Of a stretch of 28,235 nucleotides of DNA, positions 1 to 9,468 are shown in pieces. The position numbers and the translations under genes are program-made. Below the pieces are notes generated by a model. That model made no database searches, was not told the origin of the DNA, and worked only from the letters and a program-made list of their open reading frames with translations. How positions within the stretch are numbered: the stretch's first letter is position 1; every line of letters starts with the position of its first letter. Location: positions 1 through 28,235 of IMG/VR virus record IMGVR_UViG_3300043410_000565; one strand, 5' to 3'. Source of the stretch: a virus. Taxonomy: Duplodnaviria; Heunggongvirae; Uroviricota; Caudoviricetes.

Positions 1-127
1 TCCATCTCCCCTTCCTATTTTAAATGCACAAAAGTATGCATAGTTGTATTTATAAATTACTTGACTTTTCTTTGACTTTAGGGGATAATAGCCGTGTCGG
101 GTATGATGATTACGAAGAAAATAATGC

Positions 128-156
128 TTGACTTTAATTGGGTTCTGCCTTATAAT
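128..156 (+). promoter_or_regulatory. sigma70-type phage early promoter
   Basis: TTGACT-17 nt-TATAAT upstream of ORF 180; a weaker copy (TTGACT...GATAAT) at 61-89. Confidence 0.8.
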
Positions 157-179
157 TAAAGTATGGAAAGGGGAATGAT

Positions 180-629
180 ATGCTAAGAAAAGGTGAAATG
201 TTGGATAAAGCCCTGTTGCTTGCAACTAACTCCCACCACGGTCAGTTCGATAAGGGAGGTGCTCCCTATATCTTGCATCCTATCAAGGTTATGCACTATC
301 TGAAGACCGATGATGAAGAATTGCAATGCATGGCTCTTCTACACGATGTAGTGGAAGACTGTGATGTAACCTTTGTAGATCTAGAAGCTATCGGTATGTC
401 TAAGCGTGTAATCGACGCTGTACGATGCCTAACTAAGCAACGTGGTCAAACCCTTGCAGAGTACAAAGAAGTCATCTTCTCTAACCCCGATGCAATGAAA
501 GTTAAAATGGCTGACTTGCGTCACAACTCTGATATCCGTCGCTTGAAGGGTGTCACTGAAAAAGATCTAGTTCGGATGGAAAAGTACCATCGGTTCTACC
601 TTGAAATTCTGGCCAAATTAAATGGCTAA
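180..629 (+). CDS. HD-domain phosphohydrolase (RelA/SpoT hydrolase, Mesh1-like)
   Basis: H-x-GQ-x-DKGGAPYILHP, ALLHDVVED and VKMADLRHN motifs. Confidence 0.8.
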   Translation: MLRKGEMLDKALLLATNSHHGQFDKGGAPYILHPIKVMHYLKTDDEELQCMALLHDVVEDCDVTFVDLEAIGMSKRVIDAVRCLTKQRGQTLAEYKEVIFSNPDAMKVKMADLRHNSDIRRLKGVTEKDLVRMEKYHRFYLEILAKLNG

Positions 630-679
630 ATAGAAATGAGCAGGTAGTCTGCTTGTATGTATTCTTAGGAGATAAGAAA

Positions 680-1657
680 ATGAAAACTGGTATTTTTATT
701 GGGCGATTCCAGCCCGTTCACGAAGGTCATGTCCACGCTCTTGGAGTGGCTGCTTCTCAAGTACAGAAACTGTACATCCTAGTTGGTTCGGCTAATCAAT
801 GCCGTTCAATCCGCAACCCTTGGACGTTTGAAGAACGCAAGCAAATGTTGCAGTTGAAGCTACACGCTCAACGCATTACCAACTACGAAATCATCCCATT
901 AAACGATTATCGCTACTCGGACACTCAATGGATGTCCGACGTTCGTGCCACTATCGAACATTACGATATGGGTACACCGACCTTGTTCGGTCACATGAAA
1001 GAAGGTAACGACTATCTCAAGTGGTTCCCTGAACTCAAATTTAAATCTATCGAGGCTCAGTACTCTATCAACGCAACAGAAATTCGCAACCGTATGTTTG
1101 CAGAGAACGATCCGTTCATGCCTGAAACTGTACGTGGCGATCGTGCATTTTATGACAAAGAAAAAGACTTATTCGCTGGGTATCCATTCCCAGAAACCCT
1201 CAACTTCAACTGCTCCGATGCTATCCTTGAATGCCAAGGTCACATCTTGCTTATCCAACGTAAGTTCTCCCCAGGAAAAGGTGCTTGGGCACTTCCAGGA
1301 GGTTTTAGAAATCAGCGTGAAACATTTCTCGACTGTGCAATCCGAGAGTTGATGGAAGAAACCAACGTGCGAGTTCCAGAGAAAGTTCTCCGTGGCTCAA
1401 TCGTTAAAACCGAATTGTTTGACGACCCTAGTCGTTCGTTCGGTATTCCCCGCAACACCATGGCTGTGTATATGCGTATCAGTCCAAACCCTGACTGGTC
1501 GCTGCCTCGTGCCAATGGTGCTGACGATGCTGCTTTGTGCAAGTGGGTGCCACTAACCGACGCACTGAACAACATCGAGATGTACGATGATCACAAAGAC
1601 ATCGTATCGAAAGTGACTGGTGTCATGCCGATCCCAGCCTTCGCAAAAATCGCTTGA
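680..1657 (+). CDS. nadM: Bifunctional NMN adenylyltransferase / Nudix ADP-ribose pyrophosphatase
   Basis: GRFQPVHEGH (HxGH) N-terminal domain plus Nudix box ALPGG..RELMEET; ATG 680 after AGGAG. Confidence 0.9.
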   Translation: MKTGIFIGRFQPVHEGHVHALGVAASQVQKLYILVGSANQCRSIRNPWTFEERKQMLQLKLHAQRITNYEIIPLNDYRYSDTQWMSDVRATIEHYDMGTPTLFGHMKEGNDYLKWFPELKFKSIEAQYSINATEIRNRMFAENDPFMPETVRGDRAFYDKEKDLFAGYPFPETLNFNCSDAILECQGHILLIQRKFSPGKGAWALPGGFRNQRETFLDCAIRELMEETNVRVPEKVLRGSIVKTELFDDPSRSFGIPRNTMAVYMRISPNPDWSLPRANGADDAALCKWVPLTDALNNIEMYDDHKDIVSKVTGVMPIPAFAKIA

Positions 1658-1682
1658 CTTTAATTCGGAAGTCAGGTATAAT
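1654..1682 (+). promoter_or_regulatory. early promoter overlapping the nadM stop codon
   Basis: AAATCGC-TTGACT-17 nt-TATAAT. Confidence 0.8.
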
Positions 1683-1711
1683 TAATTATAGAAACAAGTA
1701 AGGAGCTTACT

Positions 1712-3112
1712 ATGAAACTCGCTAAAAACATCATCCTCAACACTGACAGCTACAAAGTTAGCATGTTGAAGCAATATCCCGCTGGTACAACTGGCATCTT
1801 CAGTTATATCGAATCACGTGGTGGTCGCTACGACTCAACCCTGTTCTTCGGTCTCCAAGCATTCATTAAGGAGTATTTACTTGAGCCAATTACCCAAGCC
1901 GACATTGATGTTGCAGATGAAATTCTTACAGCCCACGGTGAACCGTTTAATCGTGAAGCGTGGCAATACATCCTTGATACACACAAAGGCTACCTTCCTG
2001 TGGTCATTCGTGCTGTACCTGAAGGCACTGTGGTGCCTGTCAAAAATGTTCTGGCGACTATCGAGAACACAGACCCAGAATGTTTCTGGTTGACCACTTG
2101 GTTGGAAACTGCGTTGCTCCGTGCAATTTGGTATCCTACAACTGTGGCTACTCAATCCAAAACTATCAAAAACATCATCAAAGATTATTTGGAGAAAACT
2201 GGTGACCCTGCTGGTATTGATTTTAAGTTGCATGATTTTGGTGCTCGTGGTGTATCTAGCCTTGAGTCTGCTGGAATTGGGGGTGCGGCTCACTTGGTTA
2301 ACTTCATGGGCACTGATACTATTACTGGTATGCTCTACGCTCGTGAGTATTATAACGCTGGTGTCGCAGGGTTCTCAATTCCTGCCGCTGAACATAGCAC
2401 AATAACAAGCTGGGGTCGTGCTGGTGAAGTAGACGCATACCGTAACATGCTGAAGCAATTCGGTCGTGAAGGTTCTATCCTTGCTGTTGTGTCTGATAGC
2501 TATGACGTGTTCAATGCTGCAGCGAAACTCTGGGGTGAAGAACTGCGTGACGAAGTTATTGCTTCTGGTGCTACTGTTGTCATTCGACCTGACTCTGGTG
2601 ATCCTGTTGAAGTTAACCGTAAACTGATTGAAATTTTGGGAGCAAAGTTTGGATACACTACAAACAGCAAAGGGTTCAAAGTCCTTAACAATGTCAGACT
2701 CATCCAAGGAGATGGTGTTAATGAACTCACCATCCGATCTATCCTCGGAGCCTTCATGGCTATGGGGTGGTCTGCCGACAACATCGCTTTTGGTATGGGT
2801 GGCGCATTGCTCCAGCAAATCGACCGAGACACTCAAAAGTTCGCTATGAAGTGTTCAGCTGCTCTTATCAATGGTGAATGGGTTGATGTTCAGAAAGATC
2901 CTATCACTGACTCTGGTAAGAAGTCTAAAGCTGGTCGTGTAACCCTTTGGACTAACTCTGGTCGTGAGTTCGCTTCTAGCGTAACTCCACCAACTGGTTG
3001 GTCTGACAAAGGTATCGGTGGTTGGACTAATGCTTTGGAGATGGTGTTCATGAACGGTCAATTGACCAAAGAAATCACCTTCGCTGAAGTTCGAGCCAAC
3101 TCTAACAAGTAA
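1712..3112 (+). CDS. nadV: Nicotinamide phosphoribosyltransferase
   Basis: TDSYK, LHDFGARG, PAAEHS, VIRPDSGDP and IQGDG motifs. Confidence 0.95.
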   Translation: MKLAKNIILNTDSYKVSMLKQYPAGTTGIFSYIESRGGRYDSTLFFGLQAFIKEYLLEPITQADIDVADEILTAHGEPFNREAWQYILDTHKGYLPVVIRAVPEGTVVPVKNVLATIENTDPECFWLTTWLETALLRAIWYPTTVATQSKTIKNIIKDYLEKTGDPAGIDFKLHDFGARGVSSLESAGIGGAAHLVNFMGTDTITGMLYAREYYNAGVAGFSIPAAEHSTITSWGRAGEVDAYRNMLKQFGREGSILAVVSDSYDVFNAAAKLWGEELRDEVIASGATVVIRPDSGDPVEVNRKLIEILGAKFGYTTNSKGFKVLNNVRLIQGDGVNELTIRSILGAFMAMGWSADNIAFGMGGALLQQIDRDTQKFAMKCSAALINGEWVDVQKDPITDSGKKSKAGRVTLWTNSGREFASSVTPPTGWSDKGIGGWTNALEMVFMNGQLTKEITFAEVRANSNK

Positions 3113-3136
3113 ACTTTAGTATTAAGAAAATACCCC

Positions 3137-3165
3137 TTGACTTTAATTAAGTCTTGGGGTATAAT
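3137..3165 (+). promoter_or_regulatory. early promoter
   Basis: TTGACT-17 nt-TATAAT. Confidence 0.8.
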
Positions 3166-3171
3166 CATTAT

Positions 3172-3333
3172 ATGAAGACGATAAACGAAATCAACTTAGA
3201 ACTGCAAGAAGCCACTGATGCTGAGCGACAAGAACAACTTGAAGCTGAGTACGAAGAATTTGTAGAGTGGTTACATTATTGTTGGACATGTGAGCAATTA
3301 GATAAAGAATGGATATACAATGAATTCGGTTGA
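3172..3333 (+). CDS. small acidic hypothetical protein (53 aa), probably leaderless
   Basis: Hand translation MKTINEINLELQEATDAERQ...; ATG 7 nt after the -10 box; not in the ORF track. Confidence 0.6.
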   Translation: MKTINEINLELQEATDAERQEQLEAEYEEFVEWLHYCWTCEQLDKEWIYNEFG

Positions 3334-3583
3334 ACAAGAGATTATGGATATTGCGCAAGAAGAATGCGCTGAAGTTATCCAAGCAATTAGCAAGGTACGA
3401 CGTTTCGGCTTCGCTACCGTACACAATGGTAAAGATAACCGTGGCCACCTTGAAGAAGAAATTGGTGATTTGGTTTGTATGTTTGACCTGATGCGTGAGA
3501 AGGGTTTGATTCGTTGGGATAACGTGATTGATGCCTCTGAAAAGAAACGTCAGAAATTGAAAACTTGGAGTAACATCGAATGA
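3320..3583 (+). CDS. MazG-like NTP pyrophosphohydrolase
   Basis: EECAEVIQA...LEEEIGDL motif. Confidence 0.8.
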   Translation: MNSVEQEIMDIAQEECAEVIQAISKVRRFGFATVHNGKDNRGHLEEEIGDLVCMFDLMREKGLIRWDNVIDASEKKRQKLKTWSNIE

Positions 3584-3756
3584 GCCTCCGTGAATTGATG
3601 ATTGAATATATCCTGTTTGCTTTTACTGAAGAGCAATTGATGGAGAAGTTCTCTGTGTTGGATAGTGAGTTGGAAGATCTACCTGATGTAGACTTGCTCG
3701 AGATTTATGATAAAACTCTCTTGACGGAGATCGAAGATGCAGGGGCACAATTTTAA
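3580..3756 (+). CDS. small acidic hypothetical protein (58 aa)
   Basis: ATGA overlap with the previous stop; MSLRELMIEYILFAF... Confidence 0.6.
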   Translation: MSLRELMIEYILFAFTEEQLMEKFSVLDSELEDLPDVDLLEIYDKTLLTEIEDAGAQF

Positions 3757-3916
3757 CCGCACTTCCCATGCAAAAGGAATGTTCGTATACTGCGGTCGTT
3801 GTGGGTTGATTAAATTAAACAACCGAGCTACTCAGAAAGCTATTAGCAAACCTTGTGGTGGCGTTCGTGATTTAGATGATGAAGAATATTTGAAACTTGT
3901 TGGGAGAAAGAAGTGA
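3737..3916 (+). CDS. small possible Zn-binding protein (59 aa)
   Basis: MQGHNF...YCGRCG...KPC; GTGA overlap with the next gene. Confidence 0.6.
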   Translation: MQGHNFNRTSHAKGMFVYCGRCGLIKLNNRATQKAISKPCGGVRDLDDEEYLKLVGRKK

Positions 3917-4413
3917 CTATCCGTTGGATTGAAAATGTGAGCCGTGATTCGGTGAAGAATGGTTTCCACTACGATTGTGGTGTCAATTCTATGCTGATCC
4001 AGATCTCCGATCCGCCAGGAGACCATCCAAAGCCAAAGTATGCTTTCAAAGAAGTTTATGGTTTCGACTTCCTCGATGCCGAGGACGCTGACGGGTTTGA
4101 CGAAGACTTCAAAATCAACGATGAGCAAGCTGCTGAACTTGTGCGTTTGCTTCAACGTGCTTTGGATAACTCTATGAACGTTGTTGTTCACTGCCACGCT
4201 GGTATCTGTCGTTCAGGTGCCGTTGTTGAAGTTGCTACAATGATGGGCTTCACCCCTACTGATCGCTTCCGTCAACCTAACTTGCGTGTCAAGCACAAGA
4301 TGATGAAAGCCCTTGGTTGGACTTACGATCAAGACGAGCCAAAGACTTCCGTTGGTGGTTGGTTATCTGACGGTGGTGTTTGGCTTCCTGATAATTTTGA
4401 AGGTGATGTATGA
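3913..4413 (+). CDS. protein-tyrosine/dual-specificity phosphatase-like protein
   Basis: VVHCHAGICRS (CX5R) catalytic loop. Confidence 0.85.
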   Translation: MTIRWIENVSRDSVKNGFHYDCGVNSMLIQISDPPGDHPKPKYAFKEVYGFDFLDAEDADGFDEDFKINDEQAAELVRLLQRALDNSMNVVVHCHAGICRSGAVVEVATMMGFTPTDRFRQPNLRVKHKMMKALGWTYDQDEPKTSVGGWLSDGGVWLPDNFEGDV

Positions 4414-4601
4414 ATGAACCCACACATGCTGAATTGATGGCACTCTGGAATGTTTGTAAGAAGTTCGTTGAAGACCAAGAAATTGGTAGTCCTGAAACTG
4501 TCTACCAATGTGATTGGGTGATCGAAAACGCATACGAATTTATTGCAGATGTATGCAACGTTGTTGGTTACAAACCTTATGAGGATGATGATGAAAGTTG
4601 A
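4410..4601 (+). CDS. hypothetical protein
   Basis: Coupled ORF with a 4-nt overlap and SD. Confidence 0.6.
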   Translation: MNEPTHAELMALWNVCKKFVEDQEIGSPETVYQCDWVIENAYEFIADVCNVVGYKPYEDDDES

Positions 4602-4899
4602 AGATCTAAAAATCGCATTGCAGTATGCCAAGGATGGTGATGAAGTTACCATTGCGGTCAAATTACCTTATGCAACTGTTGGTTCAATTCCAATGGTTGC
4701 TGTTAAGAATGCTATGACTGGTTTTGATTGGGAGAGTGGTAAGTTTATCATTCGTGCTGTTGAAGAACTAGCATACGCTGATCGCGACTTTGATGCTCAG
4801 TTCAGAGAACTCCAAAAGAAAAATGGTTGGCTTGAATATGAAAAGGCAAACCTGAAGGCTGAAGTTAAACGTCTACAGGCTAAATTAAATGCAAGTTGA
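4591..4899 (+). CDS. hypothetical protein with C-terminal coiled coil
   Basis: GAGGA SD before the ATG run at 4585-4593. Confidence 0.65.
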   Translation: MKVEDLKIALQYAKDGDEVTIAVKLPYATVGSIPMVAVKNAMTGFDWESGKFIIRAVEELAYADRDFDAQFRELQKKNGWLEYEKANLKAEVKRLQAKLNAS

Positions 4900-5062
4900 T
4901 TTTGTTATTGAAGACCGTGATATGATTATCCAAGCTGTCTTTGATGGGCAACTTGGCGTTGAACATATCACTATGGATGAGATCTTTGAACTGGAAGATG
5001 CTCTGTTTGAAGAAATCTGCGACGAAGTAACACCGTTCGCAATTTGGGAAACAATTCAGTAA
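4889..5062 (+). CDS. small acidic hypothetical protein (57 aa)
   Basis: MQVDFVIEDRDMIIQAVFDG...; fills the gap, not in the ORF track. Confidence 0.55.
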   Translation: MQVDFVIEDRDMIIQAVFDGQLGVEHITMDEIFELEDALFEEICDEVTPFAIWETIQ

Positions 5063-5091
5063 TTGACTTACAAGAACTTATCAGGTATAAT
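5063..5091 (+). promoter_or_regulatory. early promoter
   Basis: TTGACT-17 nt-TATAAT. Confidence 0.75.
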
Positions 5092-5112
5092 ACTCTAAAC
5101 AATGGAGGAACA

Positions 5113-5301
5113 ATGACATACCCACACAAAATTACTGTACAGGAAATTCCAGTACCTGCTGGAACAATTCAAACTGTAATTACCACTGACTATGGGACTT
5201 ATGAAACTAATCATAAGTTCTATGCAGAACCAGAAGAGTTTCTTGCCTTCTGGAAACCTTTAGTTGAATATTATGAAAGAGTGAAAAATGGAAGAAGTTA
5301 A
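5113..5301 (+). CDS. hypothetical protein
   Basis: GGAGG SD before ATG 5113. Confidence 0.65.
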   Translation: MTYPHKITVQEIPVPAGTIQTVITTDYGTYETNHKFYAEPEEFLAFWKPLVEYYERVKNGRS

Positions 5302-5608
5302 ACAACCCTTGGGAAACAACCCTGAATTTCAAGAATGGCTAAGAGGACTATTACACGATGAGCTCACAACAGATTTGTGCGTTACTTTCACCAAAAAAGA
5401 TGGGACAGAAAGAGAAATGTACTGTACCCTCGCAGAATCCCGCATCCCAGCAGACAAACAACCAAAGTCAGGGTTGGAGGAAGCGACAAATAGCACGACT
5501 GGTGGATCCGCACTACGTGTCTTTGACACCGTCACCCAAGAGTGGAGATCCTTCCGTTGGGACTCAATCAAAAACGTAACATTTTCTATTGGAGAAACAA
5601 ATGAATAA
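5288..5608 (+). CDS. WYL-like SH3-fold protein typical of T4-like phages
   Basis: VTFTKKDGTEREM..TL and VFD....WRSFRWDSI motifs. Confidence 0.7.
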   Translation: MEEVKQPLGNNPEFQEWLRGLLHDELTTDLCVTFTKKDGTEREMYCTLAESRIPADKQPKSGLEEATNSTTGGSALRVFDTVTQEWRSFRWDSIKNVTFSIGETNE

Positions 5609-5792
5609 AGGTTTAGTTGTGATCGGTGTGGTCATCTTCGCTGTAATGGTTGTTATTGGAGCGCCAATCGCTTTAATTTGGGCAATCAATACATTATTCC
5701 CTGCAGTCGCAATTCCATACACTTTGGAAACTTGGTTGGCTGCATTTATTATCCCAGCTGCATTTAAGACGGAAGTGAGTTTTAAGAAATGA
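5601..5792 (+). CDS. small membrane protein
   Basis: Two hydrophobic stretches; GGAG SD before ATG 5601. Confidence 0.7.
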   Translation: MNKGLVVIGVVIFAVMVVIGAPIALIWAINTLFPAVAIPYTLETWLAAFIIPAAFKTEVSFKK

Positions 5793-6055
5793 GTATGTTT
5801 TCAACAGAACAAGATCGTAAGAAATTTATGGGGGCAATTCAAGAGTTGAGTAACTCTATGCTCCGCATTGAAGCCGAACGTGATTTGATCCGTGAAATCG
5901 TTAAGGAAAAGTCAGACGAATTCAAGATTAGTAAGAAAATCATTAATAAGATTGCAAAAACTTACCATAAACAGAACCGAACTCAGGTGGAAGCCGAGCA
6001 TGAAGAGTTTATGGAGATCTACGACGAAGCTACTACAACGCAAAAAACCGCTTGA
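5789..6055 (+). CDS. dsbA: T4 DsbA-like dsDNA-binding protein
   Basis: 88 aa helical protein with I...KEK..EF.I..K..NK....YHK pattern; lies near rnh as in T4-like phages. Confidence 0.7.
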   Translation: MSMFSTEQDRKKFMGAIQELSNSMLRIEAERDLIREIVKEKSDEFKISKKIINKIAKTYHKQNRTQVEAEHEEFMEIYDEATTTQKTA

Positions 6056-6080
6056 CTTTAATTAGGAAATAGGGTATAAT
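6052..6080 (+). promoter_or_regulatory. early promoter overlapping the dsbA stop codon
   Basis: CGC-TTGACT-17 nt-TATAAT. Confidence 0.8.
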
Positions 6081-6107
6081 TATTCTATAACTTGGAGGAT
6101 TTATCCT

Positions 6108-7235
6108 ATGGCTACAGCCGCAAAACGACAAAAACTAATTGAAAAAGCCGAGCGCATGAGCAAGGGTGTTGAAGTTACTCTGACTGAAGATAACTACAAC
6201 ACCGACTTGTTGCGTGCGCTTAATTACTACAACACAAACAATGATGACAAAGACAAGAAGAAGTGGTTCATCAGTCACTACGCTAAGATCGACAAGAAAG
6301 TCGCTGTTGAGCTTTTGAAGGTTGATGAATACCATTTCCGCCACGCTGGTATCCTTGCTCGTATGCAAGACGGTGGCTCGGTTCTTAAAGAAAAAGAACT
6401 CAACTACTTCAATGAGCGTGTCAAATTCTTGAAAGAACAAATTGGCTCACGTCAAAAGTCTCAAGACAAAGCCGATAAGAAAGCTGCAGCAACTGCAGCA
6501 CTGGTAGCAGCGCAACCCTCTATCCAGCAACGCATGGATGAAAAGGCACATGAACTAGCAGGTGAAATTGACGGAGCGATTGATGACTACATTCTCTCAA
6601 AGGGTAAGAACACAGACTTCTCGACGAAGGGTTATCTGGCATCGAATAACGTGTCCGCTCCAATCGCAAAACGCATCGGAGAATTCTATGTCTCAACAGC
6701 CAAAGAGTTGCGAGAAGCACTCGAAGGAAAAGACGACCAATTGAAAGAAGGTTATTCTCACTTCACTAAGCGTGAATTGAAGAAGTTCGCTGAGTTTGTT
6801 GAACAGATTATCACTGACTGTAACCAAGCAGTACAAACTGCCAAGGCTACTCGTGCACCTCGTAAGCGCAAACCTGTACCACTGTCCAAGCAAGTTGCTA
6901 AGGTCAAGTACATGAAGGAATTCGCTGAACTCAAACTGAAGTCAGTGAAACCTGAAGATATGGTTGACGCCAAAGAAGTTTGGATCTACAATACCAAGTA
7001 TCGTAAAGTCCAAGTCTATCGTTCAACTGTTGGTCTTGCTGTTAAGGGTACAACCCTGATTGGCTTTGACGTTGTTGAGTCTAAGTCTATGACCCTGCGT
7101 AAACCCGAAGACTTCTTCAAAGGGTTGACCATGACTAAGCGTCCTCTGAATGCAGCATTCAAGACTTTGAAAACTAAACCCTCTGCGCCAAATGGTCGCA
7201 TCAATGAGGAATGTATTATCCTCGGAGCATTTTAA
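6108..7235 (+). CDS. basic hypothetical protein of T4-like phages
   Basis: 375 aa ORF with GGAGG SD; C-terminal LRKPE...NGRINE motif; coupled to rnh. Confidence 0.8.
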   Translation: MATAAKRQKLIEKAERMSKGVEVTLTEDNYNTDLLRALNYYNTNNDDKDKKKWFISHYAKIDKKVAVELLKVDEYHFRHAGILARMQDGGSVLKEKELNYFNERVKFLKEQIGSRQKSQDKADKKAAATAALVAAQPSIQQRMDEKAHELAGEIDGAIDDYILSKGKNTDFSTKGYLASNNVSAPIAKRIGEFYVSTAKELREALEGKDDQLKEGYSHFTKRELKKFAEFVEQIITDCNQAVQTAKATRAPRKRKPVPLSKQVAKVKYMKEFAELKLKSVKPEDMVDAKEVWIYNTKYRKVQVYRSTVGLAVKGTTLIGFDVVESKSMTLRKPEDFFKGLTMTKRPLNAAFKTLKTKPSAPNGRINEECIILGAF

Positions 7236-8140
7236 TGATTCTCGTAGACTATTCACAAGTTGCTCTGGCGACCATCCTAACTTTCCAACGTGAGTTGAAA
7301 GGTACTGAATCAGAAGTTAAGAACCTGATTCGTCACGTTGTTTTATCCACCATCAAGTCATACAAAAAGAAGTATGGCAAAGAGTATGGTCAGATTGTAA
7401 TTGCAACTGACGGTCGTAAGTACTGGCGCAAAGAAGTATTCGAGCACTACAAGGCAGGTCGTAAGAAAGCACGTGATGCTTCTGACCTTGATTGGAAACT
7501 CATCTTTGACACTATGTCTGAGATCCGCGATGACCTCGCTGAATACTTCCCATACAAGGTAATCAAGTATGACCGTGCAGAAGCCGATGACATCATTGCC
7601 GTGTTGACCGAGTATGTTCAATCAAACGAACTCATTCAAGAAGGCTTGATGGAAGAAGCTCAGAAGGTTTTGATTCTTTCTTCAGACAAAGACTTCAAAC
7701 AACTGCAGTTGGCTCCATACTCATCAGGTAATGTTAAGCAATGGTCACCTATGCTCAAGAAGTTTATCACTGCTACAAAGCAAGAGATTACAGACTTCAC
7801 GATTGAGCATATCGTTAAGGGTGATGCTGGTGACGGTATTCCAAACATTCTGTCCAAGGATGATGTGTTTGTTGTTGGTGAGCGTCAAAAGCCTGTAAGT
7901 GCTAAGAGGCTTGCTGAGTTTTATGAGAAGGGTATTGATGCCTGCCGTAATGATGAAGAACGTCGTAACTGGCAACGCAATGTTACTCTGGTCGCTTTTG
8001 ATAAAATCCCTAAAGATGTCAAAGACGCGATTGTCGAGTCATACCTAAATAGCAAACCCACGAACGATAAAATGAAGATTATGAACTATCTGATTGAACA
8101 TCGTTGCCGACTATTACTTGACGAGTTAGAGGACTTTTAA
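7235..8140 (+). CDS. rnh: T4-type RNase H (5'-3' exonuclease, FEN family)
   Basis: MILVD, YWRK..F..YKAGR, EADDIIA, SSDKDF.QL and GDAGDGIPN motifs. Confidence 0.92.
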   Translation: MILVDYSQVALATILTFQRELKGTESEVKNLIRHVVLSTIKSYKKKYGKEYGQIVIATDGRKYWRKEVFEHYKAGRKKARDASDLDWKLIFDTMSEIRDDLAEYFPYKVIKYDRAEADDIIAVLTEYVQSNELIQEGLMEEAQKVLILSSDKDFKQLQLAPYSSGNVKQWSPMLKKFITATKQEITDFTIEHIVKGDAGDGIPNILSKDDVFVVGERQKPVSAKRLAEFYEKGIDACRNDEERRNWQRNVTLVAFDKIPKDVKDAIVESYLNSKPTNDKMKIMNYLIEHRCRLLLDELEDF

Positions 8141-8565
8141 TGAGAAAATATGTTACAGAGATGTTGAAGGATATTAATGAAGATCCTTCTAAGATTGAAT
8201 TGTACAAAGAAGATGCCGCACTAAGAATTATCCTAATGCACGCATTCGTACCACAGAAGAAGTTTATTCTTCCAGAAGGTGAACCTCCGTTCAAACCTTC
8301 AGCTGAACCGATGGGTATGACCCCGACAAACTTGTTCAGCGAATTGCGTCGTATGTACGTCTTTTTGCGTGAAGATTTGACCCCTCTCAAACGAGAGAGT
8401 CTTTTTATCAGTCTTCTAGAGGGAGTCCACCCAGAAGAAGCGAAGATGTTAATCGCTGTAAAAGACCAAACTCTACATAAACTATACCCGAAAATCAACA
8501 GAAAGCTGCTAGAGAAGGCTGGGCTGTTGACTCCGAAGGCTAAAAAAGACGAAGAAATCGCTTGA
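8140..8565 (+). CDS. hypothetical protein of T4-like phages
   Basis: LPEGEPPF and RESLFISLLEGVHPEEA motifs; coupled to rnh. Confidence 0.75.
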   Translation: MRKYVTEMLKDINEDPSKIELYKEDAALRIILMHAFVPQKKFILPEGEPPFKPSAEPMGMTPTNLFSELRRMYVFLREDLTPLKRESLFISLLEGVHPEEAKMLIAVKDQTLHKLYPKINRKLLEKAGLLTPKAKKDEEIA

Positions 8566-8590
8566 CTTTAATTCCAACTTATGGTATAAT
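8562..8590 (+). promoter_or_regulatory. early promoter overlapping a stop codon
   Basis: AAATCGC-TTGACT-17 nt-TATAAT. Confidence 0.8.
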
Positions 8591-8622
8591 ATAAGTATGG
8601 AAAGTTGAAAAGGATCTTTGTT

Positions 8623-8907
8623 ATGAGACGTTTGATTGTGTTATCCGTGTTTGTAAGTACCAGTGCCATGGCTCTAGACTTCCAAACCGAGTGGGCTAAG
8701 TTCGCTGATGATTTTGCTAAACTGAAATCAAAGGTTAGTGTTACAGTTGATGTTCCTAAAGTTAGCGAAGATGCTGACATAAAGAAGGTTGACCCCAAGT
8801 CACCTGACCGTCTTGGTCTGAGTCTTTCAGACCCTAAGATGCGTGAGCATGTAACCTCGCTCTATCAAAAACCTGACACTGTTGTCTTTTCAACCACAAT
8901 TCGTTAA
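8623..8907 (+). CDS. exported protein with signal peptide
   Basis: MRRLIVLSVFVSTSAMA signal with AxA cleavage site. Confidence 0.65.
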   Translation: MRRLIVLSVFVSTSAMALDFQTEWAKFADDFAKLKSKVSVTVDVPKVSEDADIKKVDPKSPDRLGLSLSDPKMREHVTSLYQKPDTVVFSTTIR

Positions 8908-8922
8908 TCGGAGATTTATATT

Positions 8923-9468
8923 ATGAAAAAAGTGATTTTTGTTGCCGTCATTACTGCTGCTCTGTCAGCATGTTCCTCTGTCAAATTGACTAGCATTGAC
9001 CCAGTGTCAAATGATGCGGTCAAGTACACCCAAGACTTCGGTAAGGTTGAAGTGACCTTCAACGACAAAGGTGATTGGGAATCTATCAAGTCCTCTGCTA
9101 CATCGTCAGTGCCAATTGACGTTGACGCTGGTCTTGAGCAAGGCATGAACATTGCCACTATGCGTGCAAAACGAAATATCGTTGAGTTCATCAATACCGA
9201 TTTGAAATCGTCTAAGACCACAGACGCTATGACTAACTCCCTCGCTAAGAACATTGCTTCTGGCGATGAGCGCAGTCAAGAACGTGCAGCAAGTATTGCT
9301 ACACAAGTACAAGAGAAAATCTCTGTACAAGCTGATGGTCTGTTGAAGGGTGTTTACGTGACTGATCGTAAAATCTCTTCAGACAAACGCACCGTTGTTG
9401 TAACTATCCAAGTGGATAAGCGTTCAATGCGTGCTGCTTCTCAAATCCGTATGGCGATGTCACAATGA
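8923..9468 (+). CDS. lipoprotein (LPP20-like)
   Basis: MKK, hydrophobic core, then LSAC lipobox. Confidence 0.75.
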   Translation: MKKVIFVAVITAALSACSSVKLTSIDPVSNDAVKYTQDFGKVEVTFNDKGDWESIKSSATSSVPIDVDAGLEQGMNIATMRAKRNIVEFINTDLKSSKTTDAMTNSLAKNIASGDERSQERAASIATQVQEKISVQADGLLKGVYVTDRKISSDKRTVVVTIQVDKRSMRAASQIRMAMSQ

